This document shows, piece after piece, positions 25,821-38,303 of a stretch of 64,000 nucleotides of DNA. How positions within the stretch are numbered: position 1 is the first letter of the stretch; every line of letters starts with the position of its first letter. The DNA comes from Takakia lepidozioides. Its lineage: Eukaryota; Plantae; Bryophyta. The position numbers were made by a program, and so were the translations under genes. Where the stretch lies: NCBI GenBank assembly GCA_030704615.1, contig CM060734.1:2480001-2544000 (forward strand). Direction: 5' to 3'. Below the pieces are notes generated by a model. It saw only the letters and a list, made by a program, of their open reading frames with translations. It did no database searches and had not been told where the DNA came from.

Positions 25821-28149
25821 ACCTTTTTTCTTCGCCTTCCAACTCTTGTATACCCACAAAATTTCTCACTCCTCTCTGAGCCTCTAACAACGCTTCCAAT
25901 CAACCACTCTCTGTCCGTGTCTGCTCTGAGGTTAAGCTAACCTGTAAGCATGTGGATCCACAAGAAGCTGTGATAAACGAAACTAGGGGAGTTGTAACAT
26001 GAAGGCAGCAGTAGACACTCCTGTCAATAACAAACTACTCAAATGACACAAACAATGTCTCTAAACAAAACAGTTCTCCATCTGCCTATATCTGAAATGA
26101 ACCCAACTTCGATCGTCCTCGGCAAGTGCAAGAAAGAAGTAGATGGGTACTAGCATCCGGAATCATGGCAGCGAAGTGAAGTGAAGTCCCTTTTTTTTCT
26201 ACACTCCAGTGTGAAATTGGTGGGATGGGTCGTGTCGTGTGACCCAACTTGTATGATGGCTAAGTCATGATGTCATGGATGTATTTCTTGCATTCATGGG
26301 GCATGCATGGTGGATGCGTGCAATACAGTAACACTGAGTTCAATGTGTGACAGTAGTTTCGGGAGCAAGGGCCCGGTGCGGGGGCAGCGGGTGGAGCGGG
26401 AGGGGAGCGCCTGGTACTGCAACTGTCGGCCGCGGCGCTGCCGCGAGGGGGGGGCGAGGCGGAGGGCATGGGGTGGGGCCACGCAGCAGGCTCGCTGAGG
26501 CATCATTCAACTCCCGGGCCTCTTTTATCACTTACCCAAAAGACAAAAGTAAAACTGGCTAGGCACTTGCATTGCCTACCCAGTTTTACTTTTGTCTTTT
26601 GTGTTTATTTTCAGGCCTGTGTGGCAGCGAGTGTTAGGGAATAGCAAAAAGGCCGTGTTGCGGGAGGCCATAAAAATGAGAGTTTTGGGCTGGCCTGGGG
26701 CGCTGCCCGGGGTCTAGACCATGGACCAAGCCAGGTCTGGGCCTTGGGACTGGACGTCCTGCACCCCAGTCCATACAGGGAACTCATTGGGAACAAATTC
26801 CGGCTGCTGCCCGTCCTTTCGTGCTGCCCCGGGGTTGCAGTGGCCCGAGCTTAGAAAGCCTGGGAAAGATTCGCTAGCCCTGGGTAGATAGTCCCTGGAC
26901 CAGGGAAAGATTCTTTACCCTGGGATATGAAGACACCCAAGAAATATTCCAGACGAATATTCCTTGACCCCTTTAACCCTGGGTTTACATAAGGCAGTTT
27001 TCATCCGTCGACCATGTATTCTACATCGCGTATTTTCTAGGTGTCTCGCGTACGAGAGCACTGCCTCTCTCGCCAAACAACAAAGGCGTTGTTTTTACTG
27101 AGCATCCGTTTTCCTTCCTGTTTGTTGGATCTCGTAAAATGTCTCTTATGAAACGAGGAAAGACTCTCTTGAGGACTCCAAAGATACTTGAAAAATACCC
27201 CCAAGTAGTTCGGCAGAGGTCAAGGAGATAGGTGGAGGGAAAAACTGCCGCTGGAATGTTTATGTGGAAAAGGGAAAGCAGCGGCAACAGGAGATAGTCG
27301 CAAGATCCCTCCAACTTTGGGTAATGCAGAAGGGAGGGCAGAGGTCAAGGAGGTAGGTGCAAAGAAAAGCTCCAGCATGTGTTGCTGCGTCTCATATTTT
27401 AGGCAAATACGACCTCTCTAAGACTTGTTGTGTATTCTGCAAATTGTTATTTGCATATGGCAGTTGGCAAAGCTACCACACAAGATTTTCCTACATGATG
27501 TTATGGCGCACACAGTTTCTTTCTAATAAGAAGTAAAGAAAGAGAAGTGAAGAAAAGATATTTGTAACCGACATGGAGGAGAGGAAGAGTATGTATTTGT
27601 GTATGGCAGCAATTGTCATGTGTTGTGTGTGTGGGGGTTTAGGATTTCCAGACAGAGAGTATACTGTCAAAAAGAGCACAGTTCATTCGGACGGGACAGA
27701 TCAAAGGTGAACTAGAAGTGGATTCTGATAGGCAGAGCCACAAGGGCCTCTGTCCATTAATGCCTGACGAGGTACTCCTTGGCAGTCAGGACAATGAAAA
27801 TTCACATCTGCATATATGCGTATCTTTTATATCTTCAAATTAGGAAAGTCTGCGGTTGTCCGTCATTGGTTGACGCTGGACTCTGACACTCTAGGAACCC
27901 GCTTCTGAACATTTGTCAAAGCTGTGAAGAGTTGCCACTCCCTATACAGAAACCTGTACGTTAAGTTGTGTATAGGGCTATGTTCGGTTGGGAGAAAGTT
28001 TAGAGATGGAGTATCATCTAGGGGACAGTTTGTCCTGCAACTGAGCTCCCTCATCCACATCTGGGGTAATTTTCTTGGCTTATCCAAAAGTTGTCTGATT
28101 TGGATTTTATAAGTTCCTTCTGAGTTCTTGGTCTGGAGGACTGTGCTTG

Positions 28150-28887
28150 GTGTATGCCGTACTTGGGCTTTCCATACACACATGTCATAATGTCGTGCCT
28201 GTAGAACCAGAACTGGGTAGTTGTTGCCTCCGCAAACTTTGCATGGACAAATCTTCCTGTAAAAGTAGGAGCAGGGACAGCCCCATCTGGATTCCTCTTT
28301 ATCATCTCTAAACAACGTTGCCGTGTATCCACTCGAATTGCGGAACACCTGCCTCGAAACGCCGGCCTTGTGCGAGCAATTCTCCACTTTGACGCAGACA
28401 CAGTCGTCTCCACAATGGCTTGGCCAGGAGTCCCTTTGATCTTCTCTCGCAATGTTGTCGCCCATTTCAGTGGATTCTTCGACCTCGAAGCTGTTCGTAC
28501 CAGCAATTCCTCCTTGTCCGGCCCAAAGCCCCATTGTTTCCCGCTCAGGAACTTGTAGTACTTGGCTTGCTGCATAATTGCTCTGTCGATGTCCTCCGTT
28601 GTGGCCGTCACTATGTCCACCAGATGTGCGGCAGAAGACGCTCGCCAGGAGGAGTGGACTGATTCTGCCATATCCGTGTCGGAATCCAGGCACCGCTCCT
28701 ACAAGGATAGAAACAATGGTGAGGGAAAAATGGAAAGGTCTGTAATAGAACGACAATTGCAGGAAAAGTCTGGCATCATACCTCCCGCATGTACTGTCCG
28801 AACTGTCGATACCGGAAATGCCACCACCCCAACCAGCTGTGCAAGGCTCCCAGATTGGTTGTCTCCACTGCACCTGACGTGTTCCAC
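28150..28887 (-). pseudogene. Deleted, slightly diverged copy of the MULE transposase segment 20690-21710
   Basis: Near-identical DNA and protein (AESVHSSWRASSAAHLVD) with internal deletions. Confidence 0.9.
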
Positions 28888-29487
28888 AGGGCTAAACCTC
28901 CAAACCCCAGGACGATATCCTCCACCACGTATAGTGGTATACCTCAACGTATCACGGTGTTGTGCAATGGCAAGGTTCTCAAAAGCCATGGGCATGACTT
29001 TCTTGAATAACTCTGCACGCTGATAACATGCACGTACCCACACGTCCGGATCATCAAGGTTAAGGACTTGAGCAGTGTCCCTACGAATGGCTGCAGGCAA
29101 ATCCGGCTCTCGGCCAAAGAGAAGAAAATATGGTGAGAAGGAGGCAAGTGATGTTTGTTTACTGAACCTGTAGCCCATGGCTAACCAAGGAACCTGAAGA
29201 TCCCAATCTCCTAGGTGTCCTTTCTGCAAGCCATACTTGCGCAAACCCCTCTTCACCGTCTGAACAACTCTCTCTGCCAAGCCATCGGCCTCAGGATGAT
29301 CTCGAGAAGTGGTGCGGTGGTCTATCAAGGCTTTATCACACAAAGCCTGAAACTCCCCCAAGAACTCTCTCCCTTGGTCCGTGAGTACCTCAGCTGGAGC
29401 ACCGAATCGGCTAAGCACACGATCCAAGAATGCATACGCAGCCCCCTCACTAGCCTTGTCAGGCAATGGAACCAATTCAATCCACTT
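28888..29487 (-). pseudogene. Gypsy integrase core, C-terminal part
   Basis: KWIELVPL...VLTDQGREF...HPEADGLAERVVQTVK...SPYFLLFGRE. Confidence 0.9.
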
Positions 29488-31029
29488 TAAAATATAAGCG
29501 ACCGCCATAAATGGCGGTCGCTCCATTTCCAACCAAATTTCAATAAAAGCGACCGCCACTAATGGCGGTCGTTGCAATTACAAAAAACAACAATAACAGC
29601 GACCGCCCCTAATGGCGGTCGCTTATTTTGATCCAAAAAAACAAAAAAACGACCGCCAGTAACGGCGGTCGCTTTATTTCCAAAATAATGACTGGGAGCT
29701 TATATGCCCCCCCCCCCCCCCCTCATTCTTCGCTCCACGCGGAGGGCAGACCTCGTAGAAGCGACCGCCACCTTGGTGGTCGTTCCATTTAAATAAAAAT
29801 GAATGCACAATTGGAAGCATGGCACAATTGTTCTCCATTCCACAAGCAAATCACCGAACACAAACATGAACAAGTGACGGTGCTTTTGGCCGACATTTTG
29901 GCTAGTATACACATGGGCAACATCTTTTATTTTCCAACACATACACAACAGCAATACAAATACTCATAGTGACAATGATCACATTGGTATTACTTCAGTA
30001 CAGAAATATAAACATGTCCACTAAAAAGTGCTGATGCATGCCTATAGCTGTTTTGCTTCAATTCCTTCTACTGCTTCGACGGCGGGACGAAGAAGATCCT
30101 AATCATAATGCTCCGATGGGTTGAAAATCCGGGTCACCCTCGACTTCACCACCGTTGCTATGATCAGTGCTGGAATCGTCCTCCTTATCCGACCTCATAT
30201 GTCCAGGCCTTTGAATCTGCAAGCGACCTCGAACCACATTTAGTTCTCTCTAAGGTCGACTCCCGCTCCGGTCTTGAATACCATCCACAGTATCTGGCCT
30301 GTTTGTGGGCCAATCGCCTACAAAAGGTTGGACTGTTCTCTGTCGTTTATGGACTTGGGACGCAATCGAAGGTGGTCTCGAAGGAGGTACCGGAGGGGGG
30401 ACTGCCCGAGATGGATCGGCATTAGATGGTCCGGCATGTGAGGAACCACGGGTCTACTGCGCAACACGTCGGTTAAGGTGGAATTGTAGTGGCAGGTTGT
30501 CATCATCTGAGGCTTCAACTTCCGCCTGGTCCAATGCAGCAGAATGATGCATGTGTGTGGAAAACAGATCAACCCTGTTGCTCCTTAATGCCCGCTGTGT
30601 TGATGGGGAGCTGGATCGGTTTTGGCATTGTGGTGGAGCTGGTCGTATCGGTGAGGCATGATCCCGTCCCGTCGACTGTACAATGGGTTCGACACCATCG
30701 TTTGTATGAACAGGGTTGCGTACGTCGATCGGTCCTGGCAGTACATCACCCCTAAGCTCCATTGGGGCACTACCGGTGGCTTCAGCGCGTAGTGGGGGGC
30801 GAGGGTCGACCCCAACTTCATTTTGAGGACCATGTTCTGGGGATGACACAATTGCAGCTTCACCTTCATCTGCGATACGCAATTCTTCAAGAAGGTCATC
30901 AAAGGTTGGCTGGATATAAACATCCTCTTCTGTGAATGTAAACGGGTCATACGCATTTTTGGGAGCATCATCGGATCCATCTTCATTATCGGAGGCAAAT
31001 GATTCCCTCTGAGATGATTATCTCTGAGG

Positions 31030-33070
31030 CTAAGTATCGTCACTCATCGAATCAGCCTCAAAAGCAGAGTCTTCGGAATGCAAATTCATCTCATACCATG
31101 TTGCAGCATCATCCGCCGCCCTCTCACGTAGCAGTCGGCAATTGGTATACACATACACCAATTTGTCAGCCCTCGTGGGATTCAACCTGTTGCGAATCTT
31201 GTTGTGAACAAATGAGTAACTGCTCCAATTGCGTTCGCAAGATGAGGCAAAGCACACTTGAGCAAGAATACGCTTCGCAATGGAAGCCAATGTTCTTGCT
31301 CCAGCTCCAATCAGAACCCACCATTCATGTGGCAGCATATTGAGCTCTTTTGGATCCGGCATGTCCTCAAAAGGGTCGCGGGGATCTGAGAAGCATTGGT
31401 ACTCGGATATAACTCTCTCTGCATGGTTCGGCGGAGTCAGTCGCATGAGCATTCGCACGAGGCCGGCCTTGGCATCAGCGTCGTCTCGGAGCATGGTATT
31501 GTCGAACAATAATGGATTGAGCAAAGCCCCCGCATAATGCAAGTCCGTTCGAACCATCAAACGACGGTCGTAAAATGCATCCTCAGCACTGTCCGCAAGT
31601 TCAGGTTCCAAGGAGAAGGGATGATGCCTCAAGGATTGGACGTGCTTCTCAAGATTTTGCATTAGTAACCATGCCTTGCCCATTACTGGTTGCTTTTCAT
31701 CAAACTCCCGCAAGACGATTAACACCGGCTCAACCATATAAACAAAGTTTTCACATTTCTTCTAGAAATCATTGCTGCGAATGTTATTTCGAACTTTTCG
31801 ACTTTTGCCCAATGACTTGGCTTTTCTGGAGTCCCGCAATGTCCATGTGTACGCATCCCATTGAGGATCGATGATGATGTGCTTCAGACTGCTCTTCACC
31901 GTCACCAACCGATCCACCATCAAGAAGTTAGTGGCAAAACAAGTTTCGCCTGGATTGCGGAGGCTGTATTTGGGTTCGTGCCTCTTATACATTGCCAAAG
32001 GGATGTGGTGTGTGCGGATGAATGACACAACAGTCTTCGCTCGCTTGACAAGTTGTTTCACCCACTGTTCTTTTTCCCAATCTTCCAAAAAGAGGTCAAA
32101 GATATGAGCAGCACAACCTTGATAGTACATATGGGAATAACGTGCCAACAACATGTCTGCAGTGTTTCTCATGTTAGCGGCATTGTCTGTGCATATTTGC
32201 ACGATTCTATCACTTCCGACCTATTCGATGAAGTCCGTCAATAGTTGGCATTGATAACGTCCATCTTTCTTCTCGCCGCTAGTGTCGACCGATCCCAAGA
32301 ATTGTTCCCCAGCTGGACATATGAGCATGACATTGAACAACGGTCTGTTTGTGACAGAACTCCAACCATCGGCACATATAGTGCTTCAATATTTTTCTGA
32401 TGCACTCGTCCGTCCTATCGTTGACCTTTTGGGTAAGCTCGTTCATGGCGTCTTCTAGCAATCTTGTGCGGAGATTGTGATAAGTCGGAGGCATGTACGT
32501 GGATCTAGACTCCGAGGTTGCTCTAACGGCAGAAACAAATGCCGGAAGCCTTGCCACATTAAATGGTATGTTGGCCTCGAATAAAAACTGCGCCTATTTT
32601 TTATCCAACTGTCTTTTCGCAGACAAGTTAAGACCTTATAGCATGGATTGCTGCCGTAATCCTCTACTCCGTTGAAGTGTAGGGGTACAAAGAGGTGTTG
32701 AAGCAGGTGTTGCTCCGGCACAACCCACTTGTCCAAGGACACCCGAAGCCTCACAAGAGTCGCCCTGGGTACTAATCGGGGCATCCTGACGGGAAGATGG
32801 AGTGTTCTGCTCAGAGGTCATGTCCAGATCCAAAGACATGAGAATATTGCCTCCACACTGGGCAAAGTGGCTTTTTACCCGCATAGATGCTTTGGGGCAT
32901 AAACCCACCCCAGCGCTCTTCACACCTTTATAGCCGAGGTGAGCGAGCAACCGATCCTTACGATAAGAAAGCTTTAATCCACATAGGTTGCACTCAACAC
33001 TACCAGTGGCACTGACAGTGTTCGGGATTGCCGTATACCAAGGGCTCCATTCCTCCCTCATCTTCACCCA
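31030..33070 (-). pseudogene. hAT transposase (BED-like finger, DUF659-like core, dimerisation domain)
   Basis: VECNLC...HL; ADGWS; QICTDNAANM; CAAHIFDL; WW...ASSCERNWS; several stops and frameshifts. Confidence 0.92.
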
Positions 33071-33484
33071 ATATCCACTCCCTTGGGACCTAGCGATGCA
33101 AGCAACAAAAAACAGTCACCTATAACGTGTTGTGAATGTAGAGTGCAATGCGATATCCCAACACTTCTACACCTGTCAGCAACCCAAGTGGGTCAATGTG
33201 GGTTGTAGTGTTGAGCTTATATACAATCTGCTGAAGTGGCTTTGGTGGAAGCCACAACGGCAAAAGGTGCGCACCCTCCTCTTGGGCTACACTCTCGTTC
33301 AATGGAAGAGAACATCCAAAACAACCTCAAGTGTTTGCGCCAAAAGAAGTGAGGAATTTGGTGACCCTCCTCCCTTATATATGATCCAAGAGGGATGAAA
33401 GTGAAATGAAAGTGAAATGAATAAATGACGAACCAATAGCGCTCACCCGAAAAAAGCTGTACAACCATATTTGTTGTAATTTTG

Positions 33485-34685
33485 AAATTAAGCGACCACT
33501 AATACTACGGCTGCTATTTTTTTTTTTAATGAAAAAAGAGCGATCGCCACTACTACGATCGCTTTTATTTCCTTTCATTTTGTGCAATATTGCGGTCACT
33601 TCTATTTTGTATATTTTTAAATTTAAGCGACCGCCCGTATGGCGGTCGCTATTATTTTTTATTTCAAAATATAATGCGACTGCCGGTATGGCGGTCGCTT
33701 CATTTGTTAATATATTTAAAATAAAGCGACCGCCAATATGGTTGTCGCTTTTATTTTTAATATTTATAAAAAAAACGCGACCGCCAATAAAGGCGGTCGC
33801 TTTTAATCTTTATATTTTATGGCGGTCGTTTGTTTTTCTATAAAATTTTTAAATTAAGCGACCGCCCAATGGCGGTCGCTGTTTTTTTTATATATTTTTG
33901 AAATTATCCGACCGCCATATGGCGGTCGCTTGTTCTATACATATTTACAAAATTGTGCGACCGCCAATACGGCAGTCGCTTGTTTTTTTTTTAAATTAAG
34001 CGACCGCCAATGCGACCACCAATCTTGTTTTTTTTTTAAAATAAATTGAAGCGACCGCCAAGATAACGGTCTCTATTTCTTTTTTTAATTCAAAAAATAA
34101 AGCGACCGCCAGTGCGACCGCCAATATGGCGGTCGCTATTTCTTTTTCTATTTCGAAAAGTAAAGCGACCGCCAGTGCGACCGCCAATCTTGCTTTAAAA
34201 AATAAAATTGAAGCGACCGCCAATACGGCGGTCGCTATTTCTTTTTTAATTTCCAAAAACAAAGCTACCGCCATAATTGGCGGTCGCGTTCATTTTGTTA
34301 ATTTTCAAAAATGTATTTGCCACCGTGCGACCGCCAATACGGCAGTCGCTTGTTTTCTTTTTTAAATTAGGCAACCGCCAATACGCCCGCCAATCTTGTT
34401 TTTTTTTTTAAATAAATTGAAGCGACCGCCAACATAGCGGTCGCTATTTGTTTTTTTAATTCGAAAAATAAGGCGACCGCCAATCTTGCTTTAAAAAAAA
34501 AAAAACATTTGAAGCGACCGTCAATATGCCGGTCGCTATTTCTTTTTCTATTTCGAAAAAAAAAACGACCGCCAGTGCGACCGCCAATTTTGCTTTAAAA
34601 AAATAAAAATTGAAGCGACCGCCAATACGGCGGTCGCTATTTCTTTTTTAATTTCGAAAATCAAAACGAATTGGCGGTCGTGTTC
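33485..34685. repeat. hAT palindrome array (right subterminal)
   Basis: Many AAGCGACCGCC-n-GGCGGTCGC units upstream of the transposase TATA (~33376); a shorter array lies at 29495-29675. Confidence 0.9.
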
Positions 34686-34873
34686 ATTTTGTTAATTTTC
34701 AAAATGTATTTGCCACCGCCACCGTGTCGGCGACGTGGCTGCTTAAGTGGCAGTATTTTACCTGGTGCTATTTTTACCAGAATATTCCCCGAACCTGACG
34801 TGACGGAGGTCCCGTCAGCGTCAGGTCTGACGTGACCTGACGCTGACGGACGGACGTGATGCTGATAACCGGG

Positions 34874-36620
34874 GTGAACATGTTTGCAAAATGTGGGTGC
34901 ATCTAGGATGCAAAGGGAGTGTTCGATACTATGGCTGAACGAGATGTGGTGTCGTGGAGTGCGATGCTTGCATGGTATGCACGGCAGGGACGTGGGATGG
35001 AGGCTTTGGAGAGCTATGAGCAAATGATGGGGGAAGCACATCATGTTTGTGTGCATTTGCAATGCTTGTGCAAGCCTGGCAGCCGGCCTGGAGAAGGGCA
35101 AGAGGTGCATGGGGATATCATCAAAGCTGGAATTGTGCCAAATGTCAATCTGAACACTGCCCTGGCAGCTTAGGGGAAAGAGGTCCATGGCGACATCTTC
35201 AGAGTTGGAATTGTACCAGATGTCATCCTAAACAAAACCCTGGTGAACATGTTTGCAAAATGTGGGTGCATCTAGGATGCAAAGGGAGTGTTCAACATTA
35301 TGGCTGAACGAGATGTGGTGTCGTGGAGTGCGATGCTTGCATGGTATGCACGGCAAGGATGTGGGATGGAGGCTTTGGAGAGCTATGAGCAAATGATGGG
35401 GGAAGGGGGGGCACCTTCTTCAATAGCACAATGGCTACGAGTGGATAGATGGTCAACTGGAAACAGCAATGGCAGCAGCGCAATTGATAGAACAAGGCCC
35501 ACTGCTAATGAAGGTACCTTCTTCAACATATTTCACCCTGAATTTCCCTGCTATCAGAGTCGTCCCTAAGTATCCAAAAACAGGTAACAGATATGAGAAG
35601 AAGTTGTGGGATGGTTTTCTGACCCCAGTAACTGGTGGGACAACCGAGGCAAAAAGGTGAATGCCTGTCAGATTACAGAGTGTAGCAAATGCAATTGACC
35701 ATAGGGATAAGTTGAGTTGGGTGCAATTGCACTCTCTCTTTCCTCTCTGCTTCTGTTTGCTATTCAAAGGTAGGATTCTTGCCCTTAGTTTAAATTTCAG
35801 TCTGGTGCCGAGAGTGGGTAGACCCTTGAGGTCATCCATGATGTCCTCCCCCATGTCACAGACTGGAAACAAGTCCAGGGAAGTTTTCTGCCTAACTTCA
35901 TTTTCATCAGACAATTTTCTGGAAACGGACATGGCTTTGGACACTACAGCCTCTAAGTCAGTAGGGTTGGGGCATTTGCTGGAACAATTCTAAAAGGAGA
36001 ATGTTTGTCAGATTACCAGATGTCATTCTGAACACTGCCCCTGCCCTGGTGGACATGTATGCCAAATGTGGGTGCATCGAGGATGCCAAGGGAGTGTTCA
36101 ACACTATGGCTGAACGAGATGTGGTGTCGTGGAGTGCGATGCTTGCAGGGTATGCACAGCAGAGGTGCGGGATGGAGGCTCCAACCTATGAGCAAATGAT
36201 GGGGGAAGGGGTGAAGCCCGCCGACATAAGGTTTGTGTGTGTTTGCAGTGTGTCTGGCAGCCCTGGAAAAGGGCAAAGAGATCCCTTGTGACATGATCAA
36301 ATCTGCAATTGTTCCAAATGTCATCCTGAACACTGCTCTGGTGGCCATGTATGCCAAATATGGTAGCATTGAGGATGCCAAGGGAGTGTTCAACACTATG
36401 GCTGAATGAGATGTGGTGTTGTGGAATGTGATGTTTGCAGGGTTTGCAGAGTAGGGGCGTTGTATGGGGCTTTGGAGACCTGAAAGCAAATGATGGGGGA
36501 AGGGGTGAAGTTCGACCACATCATGTTTGTGTGCGTTTGTAGTGCGTGTGCAAGCCTGGCAGCCCTGGAAAAGGGCATCGGAGGTGCATGGTTGCATCAC
36601 CAAAGCTGGAAATGTACCAG
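34874..36620 (+). pseudogene. PPR array right part, with less degenerate PPR motifs at 36016-36620
   Basis: Continues the unit broken at 4856; ALVDMYAKCGCIEDAKGVF and GVKPADIRFVCV. Confidence 0.88.
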
Positions 36621-36889
36621 ATGGATCAATAGCTACAAGAAACCTGCATGGGTAGATGGTGACTGGTCAACTAGAAGCCGCAGCAGCAGCGACACAATGA
36701 TAAACTCAGGCACTGGTAATGAAAGCACCTTCTTCAACACATTTCACCCTGTTCTTCCCTCTTATCAAAATCGGCCCTAAATTTTCATGTTGAATTCTGC
36801 AAGTTAGCTGGTTGAGTGAGCCTTTGATAGTTTGGAGCGACTTTGACATGATACTGCCAATGTGACAACAGGGAAGTATCCAAAAACAG

Positions 36890-36961
36890 GTAACAGTTGA
36901 GATGAGGAGAAGCTGTGGAATGAATACTTTTCTGACCCCAGTCAATGGTGGGACAACCGAG
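36890..36961 (+). pseudogene. OSB-type (organellar ssDNA-binding) PDF-motif exon fragment
   Basis: DEEKLWNEYFSDPSQWWDNR followed by GGTAAG donor; a degenerate paralogous copy lies at ~35590-35660. Confidence 0.6.
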
Positions 36962-37879
36962 GTAAGAACTTCATGAACTTAAGGCATGAGTGGCTGATTG
37001 TTTCATTTCGAACCTGATATGCTTTGAGCCTGGTTCCGGAGATTTATCTCCAGACCTGCAATCTGCTTTTGTGATGAGTTTATAATCTGCATATATGGTG
37101 GTAAATGTTATATATCAAACCAAGGTTCTTTCCTAAATGTGAATGACCTGGAAACCTTGTTAGAAAGATAAAGGGCTTACGAATTGGACTATGTATGGCT
37201 TGACCCATGGATTAAATTTCAAAGGGTTAGAACATGTGTTAGGGTTTTAATACTGAATGGATGTGGGACATTGCTAGGGCGCCAGAGCATGACATTCCAT
37301 GCATGCATTCACGCCATTGGATGCCAAACTTTTCTTGGCACGTTGGACCAAGGTTTGTATGCGTTCACGAACTGCCGACCTTGCTCGTTGCCCGGTTGAC
37401 CTTATTTCCCATAATTGCTAACTTTGTGGGGTGGAGGGGCTTGTGTTAGGCTGCAACTGGAGGCACCTCTCCATGCAGCAGTTTTTGTACTAGAGGTGAG
37501 CATGCATGCACCTGTTGGCTATCAGTTCTGTACAATGTGGCCATTTACATGTTGGGTACTTCAAACTATTAGTAGATGCATTGCTAAATGTAGCTGCTAA
37601 GGGGTGTTGGGCGTGATGTTTGTAGGCTGAGAAAGCCACTTTTGATATTGCCACCGACAGTGCACCAACTACGGCGCCTTCAAAGGCAACCCCCAAATAT
37701 CAACCCCCTGCCATAGTGGCAGATATTCTTATGCTACCAAAAGTACTCTGCACTTTGAGTGATTGCTTATACTGGACGGTCCTCATTATCTAGTTTTCAA
37801 TGTACATGTAAGTCTTCATGGGTTGATTAATGTGGGTTTTATGGTGGGTGAAGTCATTGAATTTCACTCCATCCATTTC

Positions 37880-38303
37880 ATAGCACTGACACATGACACG
37901 TGTCCATGCTGAGAGTGTCGCCACATGTCGACATAATTTCCAATATCATCCATGGACCACCGGCTTACACGTCTCCACTACAAAACGGAAGTGGTTACTT
38001 TACCACTATGACACGTCAGTTTACCACTGTTACACGTCATAAGTGGTTGGTTTACCTCAGTGACACGTCATTGACATGTCACAGTGGTTAATTTATCACT
38101 GTGACACGTCAGCTAACAGGTGGACCCGGACGTGAGTGGTTCGAACCACTGTCCTTAACCACTGGTGCCACGTAATGTCTTTTACCACTCACTTGTCCTA
38201 ATACACTGGTTCTTCATCACTCTGGGGCCAGAGTGGTTTAGTGTCTTTTACCACTCAAAATGAGTGGTTAACAGAGTGGTTATTCCGCGTTTTTCTTCTA
38301 GTG
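37880..38303. mobile_element. CACTA element terminus
   Basis: Ends in ...TTTTCTTCTAGTG (reverse complement CACTAGAAGAAAA); dense ACCACT/AGTGGT subterminal repeats; abuts the DNMT coding sequence. Confidence 0.85.

Larger units (their letters stand above)
4857..34873 (-). mobile_element. Large hAT DNA transposon with cargo genes and nested insertions
   Basis: 8-bp TSD GTGAACAT at 4849-4856 and 34874-34881 restores the PPR sequence. Imperfect TIR CCTAGTTATCA / CCCGGTTATCA, TGACGT-rich subterminal motifs at both ends, and an internal hAT transposase. Confidence 0.88.

Noticed and set aside
35453-35993. ORFs 35453-35944 (-) and 35661-35993 (+)
   Set aside because: No recognisable motif; possibly a host exon fragment, but I cannot support a call.
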